Virus record (IMG/VR): IMGVR_UViG_2909979649_000004
DNA from: a virus
Taxonomy: Duplodnaviria > Caudoviricetes
Length of the DNA: 64,000 nucleotides
Strand: one strand, 5' to 3'
Both the position numbers and the translations under genes were made by a program. Below the pieces are notes generated by a model. That model did not search any database. It worked only from the letters and a program-made list of their open reading frames with translations, and had not been told where the DNA came from. Shown in pieces: positions 58,885 to 64,000 of the stretch. Position 1 is the stretch's first letter, and every line of letters starts with the position of its first letter.

Positions 58885-59387
58885 GCGGCTACCGTATTTG
58901 CTAGCGTCATGGATGTTTTCCCTCTACCAACCATTTGAATAAATAATTGTAGAAATAACTTATTTACATCGATATCTTGGTTGTTAACAACTAAGCAGCC
59001 TCGCTCCGTATCAATATAAACCTCAACGACTGTAGTTATTTTGGGTGCCCGAGGAATCAGCCCGGTTCTAATTTCTTTCCATACACATTCAATTTGCTGT
59101 TTAGTCAAACGTTCTCCCGTAAGGTCTTTATGGTCTTCAACAGCTTCAATGACACGCTGTCTTAAAACCGTAGGTGATAATACCTTTTTCTCTAATTTAA
59201 CTTTGAATACGGCTAATTTTTTTCGTGTCTCCAGATAACTACCTTTTTTAACCGGTACAAAACCATAACTTAATTCTTGATATTTACTACAAGGGGTAAA
59301 CTCCGCATCTCTAACCCCACCTAATAACCGCTCAACAACATAATCAGCATTAGCATTTAGCTGATATACATTTGCGTTTTCATACAT
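58881..59387 (-). CDS. Short RdgC-like protein (N-terminal half only)
   Basis: FTPC...ELSYGF.P, EKKVL, LIPRA; 168 aa versus 304 aa for the homolog. Confidence 0.7.
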   Translation of the reverse strand: MYENANVYQLNANADYVVERLLGGVRDAEFTPCSKYQELSYGFVPVKKGSYLETRKKLAVFKVKLEKKVLSPTVLRQRVIEAVEDHKDLTGERLTKQQIECVWKEIRTGLIPRAPKITTVVEVYIDTERGCLVVNNQDIDVNKLFLQLFIQMVGRGKTSMTLANTVAA

Positions 59388-59797
59388 AGCTCGTCTCCTT
59401 TTGAGTTATCTAATGGCAAATACTCCAGCCGTCTTCCCGTCCGTTGTACTATGCGGACTTGCCTGGGTTTATCAGGGTTATCATTCATCACCATCGGCAC
59501 ACTATTAACGAGAAATGCAGCTAATAACATCATCACCACTGGCGAAACATTAAGGGTGACGATCTTCAGCCGTATTAACTCGGCCACTAAATGCGCTCGA
59601 TTAGCAGTTTTAAGCTTGTAATGTACGTTTTTTATTCTGCTGCTCACTGAGTTGGGTTCTACACCCTGCTCACGAGCAATGACTTTATCAGTCTTGCCGG
59701 ATAGTAAACCTAAGCAGTATTCAGTCTCACGTGGGGCTAAATATGGGTTGTCCAAGTGAGCTTGCCAGTGTCCATCTGTAGTTATTGTGCTGTCCAT
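59357..59797 (-). CDS. Phage LuxR-type HTH regulator
   Basis: Homolog of 1336 and 19749. Confidence 0.8.
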   Translation of the reverse strand: MDSTITTDGHWQAHLDNPYLAPRETEYCLGLLSGKTDKVIAREQGVEPNSVSSRIKNVHYKLKTANRAHLVAELIRLKIVTLNVSPVVMMLLAAFLVNSVPMVMNDNPDKPRQVRIVQRTGRRLEYLPLDNSKGDELCMKTQMYIS

Positions 59798-59964
59798 AGC
59801 GTTGTAATCAGAAATAAAATATGAGTCCTTAAGTAAATTTTGAATTCATATTTATATTTGTATATGGTTGCAAGGAAGTATAGTTGTATATATCTATTAG
59901 AGGGTTGACTACTAATAGGTATTAGCTATTTTCTGGGTGGGAGACTGGGGCGGATACAGGTGGG

Positions 59965-60633
59965 CTATTTGGCTTTTTCTCTTCGCTCAATAACATCAAG
60001 CAATGAGTTGATCATTTGAAGGTCGTACTGGCTTAGCTTATGTTCTAGCGCTAATTGTGTGACTCTTATAGAGGTTTTACTTGCTCCTTCAACCACTTTA
60101 TTTCGTGAGCTGCTTTCACTATCGGGTTTAGTAGTTGGTTGGTCATCATCGGCATCATCTAGCCATTCTTTTGTAACGATACCTTCATCTGATTTAAGCC
60201 ACCCATAAGGGCAATCTAAAACTTCACTTAATCGTTTAACTACAAGTTTTTTTGGTTTGTTACGCCCTGACTCCCAAGCTGCAAATGTCGGGGTTGAAAC
60301 GCCTAATTTTTCTGCAATCTCTTTCTGAGTTAGGTTGCGATACTTGCGGACAGCCTTCAGTCGGTCTTTGAAGTCACTATTCTTATCAAACCCTGTCTCA
60401 AGCCAATCATCAGTTATGTATGTTTCATCAGAAGCAAGCCATTCTATGGGTATGTCAAATATATTTGACATCTCTCTAAGCACTATCTGTGATGGGCTTG
60501 TTCTTCCTGTCTCCCAAGCACCTACAGCAGACTTAGTCACACCTAGCTTGTCAGCAAGCTCCTGTTGTGACAGGTGTGTAGCCTGTCTTGATACTCTGAG
60601 TCTATCTTTTAGCTCGCTATTTTTAGTATTCAT
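59965..60633 (-). CDS. Phage repressor with two tandem XRE HTH domains
   Basis: KNSELKDRL / KNSDFKDRL repeats; start moved to ATG 60633 by homology with 754..1191. Confidence 0.85.
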   Translation of the reverse strand: MNTKNSELKDRLRVSRQATHLSQQELADKLGVTKSAVGAWETGRTSPSQIVLREMSNIFDIPIEWLASDETYITDDWLETGFDKNSDFKDRLKAVRKYRNLTQKEIAEKLGVSTPTFAAWESGRNKPKKLVVKRLSEVLDCPYGWLKSDEGIVTKEWLDDADDDQPTTKPDSESSSRNKVVEGASKTSIRVTQLALEHKLSQYDLQMINSLLDVIERREKAK

Positions 60634-60725
60634 TCTTGCATATAAAAATTTTAATGAAAAATAGTAACCAAAATCGTTGCCTGTATTGACAACAAAGTAT
60701 TCAGTTAATAATATTCTAGACATAT

Positions 60726-60884
60726 AAAAAAAGCCGGACCTCCTTCACAGGAAGCCCGGCCTCATAATAAACCCTTATCAACACTAACACTAGTGCTTGA
60801 GAGGCACCCTTACGCCAAAGTTTGGGGGTGAGTGTTAAAGGAGACGGGAACACCCGGCTCTCGTCGTTCTAGCGCTCATGTTGT
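60726..60884 (-). ncRNA. Putative structured antisense-type sRNA (homolog of 21037-21197)
   Basis: Promoter ATGACA-17-TATAGT (60919-60891); closing stem with G-U pairs only on this strand; loop GUCUCCUUU; GCCGG...CCGGC-U terminator. Confidence 0.68.
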
Positions 60885-61292
60885 GTAAAAACTATACCGA
60901 GTTTCTGTTTAGCTGTCATTGAAACTAACAAGTATGTCTACTTATACAGTATCCAATATAAAGGAGAGCTGATATGGAAGTAGTAAAACCACGATGCATT
61001 AATCCAAAGTCCCAGTCTGGGTAACTTAACCGTTATCAATTATTGGGTTTAACGCTCAATAAACTTAATTAAAACCTAATTTAGTGGCTAGCAAATCAAT
61101 TGTTTTTGCTGGCAGGGTCTTTTTACGCGCTGATTTTCTTAGCTGTAGATTGGCGGGGATAAATTTCAGGCATAAAAAAACTGCTTTACCCGTCAAAGCG
61201 AAGCAGTTTTTTTAACAACAAAAGGATGTAGATATTATGCAGAAAACTGCCGAAAAAATCAACACCAATGCAGTAATTCAGGAGGGGTGTTT

Positions 61293-62162
61293 ATGAGTGT
61301 ACAAGCGATTGCTTGGGCGTTTACCCTCTCAAACCTTGAACCCAATAAAAAAATAGTTTTATTAGCGTTGGCAGATAATGCGAATGATCAGGGTTACTGC
61401 TGGCCGGCTATGGATACAATTGCGGAAAAAACATCATTATCACGTTCAACAGTCAAACGACATATCAAGTCTTTAGCAAAATTAGGTGTATTAACAAAGT
61501 TTGAACGAGCCGCTGCTAGTGGTGCAAGCACATCCAATTATTTTTATTTACATGTAGGCTGCCAAATTAATTTAAATACCCTCTCTGAAACTGAAGAAAA
61601 TGAGGGGGATCAAAATGACCCGCCCTTGAATATTGAGGGAGTTCAAAATGAACTACCTGAAAATATAGGGGGTTCACCAGTGAACCGGGAGGGGTGCACT
61701 AGTGACCTGGGGAGGGGTTCACCTGTGACCCCCAAACCATCATTAGAATCATCATCTACAACGACAACAACTTCGCGCGAGGTCAAAAATTCAGAGCCTG
61801 ATATTTTTCAAAAAAAATACGAAACCCGAATAAAACCCCAGGGTGATCCCATGACGGAGGATTGGAGTCCTGACTGGAAACGAGTAAAAGCCAGTTTAAT
61901 CCGAGCAGGGATTAATCCTGACTTTGCCAACTTAAAACTTGATGAGTTTAAGCTCTACTGGATTGGTCGGGGTGATTTGCATCCAGCTTGGACAGCCCGT
62001 TTTATTCAACATTTGATAGATCAGTGGCCACGCCATCAAAGGCAACAACAGCTTGATCAAGCTTTGGATCAAAAAACCGAGCAGCAAGTAAAACAAATCC
62101 AGAAGCAGTGCGAAAACATGCAGTCAGGAGAAGGCTGGATCAACGACTTAGGAGACTTTTAG
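61293..62162 (+). CDS. HTH-type phage replication initiator
   Basis: K.VLLALAD.AN..G.CWP...IA......STV.R.I..L; DW.PD, F..YW C-terminus. Confidence 0.82.
   Translation: MSVQAIAWAFTLSNLEPNKKIVLLALADNANDQGYCWPAMDTIAEKTSLSRSTVKRHIKSLAKLGVLTKFERAAASGASTSNYFYLHVGCQINLNTLSETEENEGDQNDPPLNIEGVQNELPENIGGSPVNREGCTSDLGRGSPVTPKPSLESSSTTTTTSREVKNSEPDIFQKKYETRIKPQGDPMTEDWSPDWKRVKASLIRAGINPDFANLKLDEFKLYWIGRGDLHPAWTARFIQHLIDQWPRHQRQQQLDQALDQKTEQQVKQIQKQCENMQSGEGWINDLGDF
61603..61733 (+). repeat. Palindromic iteron-like repeats (5 copies, TCA-N3-TGAMC)
   Basis: GGATCAAAATGACC, GTTCAAAATGAAC, GGTTCACCAGTGAACC, GCACTAGTGACC, GGTTCACCTGTGACC. Confidence 0.65.
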
Positions 62163-62164
62163 TC

Positions 62165-62896
62165 ATGGAACAAGTAAACCAAATCGTTTCAAAAATCAAT
62201 TTTAAACCTGTGCAACAGGATATACACCACAACCAGCAACAAACAATCAACCGAGAGCAAACTGAAAAAATCATTAATCAGGTTTTTGAGCGAATGAAAT
62301 CCATCAGACCCGCTTGGCGGTTGTCATTGCCTGATGATCGAGCAGAGGCCGTTGCTAAAAAAGAATGGACCAAAGCATTTATCAAAAATGGCATTTTGAG
62401 TTTTGAGCAGTTACGCCATGGGTTTGATAAAGCTCGGTCAATTGATGATAAATATTTTCCTGCTCCTGGCACGTTCATCAAATGGTGTACACCTCAACCT
62501 GAAGATTTGGGATTACCTGAGCCAGAAACGGCTTACCTTGAAGCATGCAAGCATGCTCATGAGCTTAACCCTGGCAAAGCTAAATGGACTCACCAAGCCG
62601 TATACGAAGCCGCAAAACAAACGGGTTTCTTTGAATTAAAGTCAATGGCAGAAAAACACATACTGCCTGTCTTCACCAGAAACTACGACTTTATCACCAA
62701 GAAAATACTCAAGGGCGAGCCCATCAGTGATATACCCAAAGCGTTACCTGGCCAAGTACAACAAACCATTGCTGAACGAAACAAGGCTTACCACGATGAT
62801 CAGCAAAAAAAGCAGTTACAAGAAAAAGGGCTGGATCAATTAAATAACCCAAAGGACGCAATGAACGAAATATATCGGATGTTGGGCAGGAATTAA
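62165..62896 (+). CDS. Lambda P-like helicase loader
   Basis: Homolog of 22436..23179. Confidence 0.82.
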   Translation: MEQVNQIVSKINFKPVQQDIHHNQQQTINREQTEKIINQVFERMKSIRPAWRLSLPDDRAEAVAKKEWTKAFIKNGILSFEQLRHGFDKARSIDDKYFPAPGTFIKWCTPQPEDLGLPEPETAYLEACKHAHELNPGKAKWTHQAVYEAAKQTGFFELKSMAEKHILPVFTRNYDFITKKILKGEPISDIPKALPGQVQQTIAERNKAYHDDQQKKQLQEKGLDQLNNPKDAMNEIYRMLGRN

Positions 62897-62979
62897 AAAA
62901 AGCACTGCTTCGTCAACGCAGGTTGAGGGAGTAGTGAGTAAAACGAAGCAATGCACACGGGGGCTACCGTGCAATCAAT

Positions 62980-63390
62980 ATGACCCAAGCCAATTATAGA
63001 AGTTCACATCTTGTGCTTTATGATTACAAAATGAGGACATGCACCATGTCGATAATGAATGAACTAACTGAAACCATTGGAGAACAAGCAGCTATAAAGC
63101 TAGGTCAGTGTCTTGGGGGGGCTAGGGTATACATCCCCCGTGTTATAGGCAAGGACCACCTTATCACTTTGGCAGTGGGGCAGGAGTTAGCCAGTAAGAT
63201 CGCAGTCCGTTTTAAAGGCCAAACCATTAACTTGCCAGCTAAGAATGAGTTTAAGACGCTTAGAAACCGAATGGTAAGGCAAGAGTATGAAAAGGTAAAA
63301 CCAAGGTCAGGTGCTTCTAGAGGAGACCTTATTGCGATTAAGTATGGGCTTTCACGAAGACAAGTATTTAATATTACGAAAAATAAATAA
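62980..63390 (+). CDS. Mor-family transcription activator
   Basis: IG..AA.KL....GG.RVYIP, RN, IA.KYGLSRRQV.NI. Confidence 0.8.
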   Translation: MTQANYRSSHLVLYDYKMRTCTMSIMNELTETIGEQAAIKLGQCLGGARVYIPRVIGKDHLITLAVGQELASKIAVRFKGQTINLPAKNEFKTLRNRMVRQEYEKVKPRSGASRGDLIAIKYGLSRRQVFNITKNK

Positions 63391-63444
63391 AATTTTTATA
63401 GATAACTTCTCCTATTCTAAAGCAGTTAATAACATAAAATTGAG

Positions 63445-64000
63445 TTACGCTAACTTTTGTGTATCAGATGGAGGTGTAGGGCCTTCCATAATTACTAGCA
63501 CACTCTTTGTATCATTATTTGTTTTTAAATATTGTAAATTGAATTCTTTAACCCATATTAAATCCATTTTACAATGATGTAGATTAGCTCCTTCTAGATT
63601 GGCTCCTTCTAGATTAGCTCCTTCCAGATTAGCCCCTGCTAGGTTAGCTCCTGCTAGGTTAGCTGCATTTAGTTTAGCTTTGTTTAGGTTAGCTTCTTCT
63701 AGGTCAGCTTCTATTAAGTTAGCCAATCTTAGTTTAGCCATCTTTAGGTTCGCCATCTTTAGGTTCGCCATATTTAGGTTAACTCTTATTAAGAAAGCTC
63801 TTTCTAGATTAGCATTGTTTAGGTTAGCTTTATTTAGGTTGGCTTTGTTTAGTCTAGCCATCTTTAGGTTCGCCATCTTTAGGTTCGCCATATTTAGGTT
63901 AGCTCTTATTAAGAAAGCTCTTTCTAGATTAGCATTGTTTAGGTTAGCATTGATTAGATTAGCATTGTTTAGGTTAGCATTGTTTAGGTTAGCCATTTTT
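63445..64000 (-). CDS. Pentapeptide repeat protein (probably 5'-truncated by window end)
   Basis: Tandem A(N/D)Lxx repeats. Confidence 0.88.
   Translation of the reverse strand, partial: KMANLNNANLNNANLINANLNNANLERAFLIRANLNMANLKMANLKMARLNKANLNKANLNNANLERAFLIRVNLNMANLKMANLKMAKLRLANLIEADLEEANLNKAKLNAANLAGANLAGANLEGANLEGANLEGANLHHCKMDLIWVKEFNLQYLKTNNDTKSVLVIMEGPTPPSDTQKLA

Larger units (their letters stand above)
52103..64000. mobile_element. Prophage element 3 (left part; continues beyond window)
   Basis: att core, cargo, int, early operon, repressor, replication genes. Confidence 0.85.

Overview
Low-GC gammaproteobacterial-type DNA made up of three related temperate-phage elements in tandem, separated by two copies of a tmRNA (ssrA) 3'-end att core (15288-15310 and 52103-52128). 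Element 1 (<1-15310) has an early region (Prim-Pol, repressor, RdgC, Sak4/SSB/exonuclease/helicase, CsrA-like, xis, int). It is joined in inverted orientation to the right end of a P2/HP1-like prophage carrying cargo. Element 2 (15288-52125, about 36.8 kb) looks complete, with lambdoid immunity and O/P replication plus HP1/K139-type head and tail genes. Element 3 (52103->64000) shows cargo, integrase, immunity and replication genes. Main signals: (i) elements 1 and 2 carry the same dead integron platform (5' stump of intI with a shared nonsense codon, LexA box, conserved attI) but different gene cassettes, one of them a three-gene Lamassu/ABC-3C defence system, which suggests cassette loading in trans by a host IntI. 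(ii) Where cro would be, each immunity region has a promoter, a structured small RNA and a terminator; the RNAs are complementary to the ribosome-binding regions of their own early genes. (iii) Unusual cargo includes a GTP cyclohydrolase II/SDR/LOG trio, a GNAT+ASCH pair, an sHSP cluster and RRM genes at the att ends. All protein family calls come from motif recognition by eye; no database searches were run.
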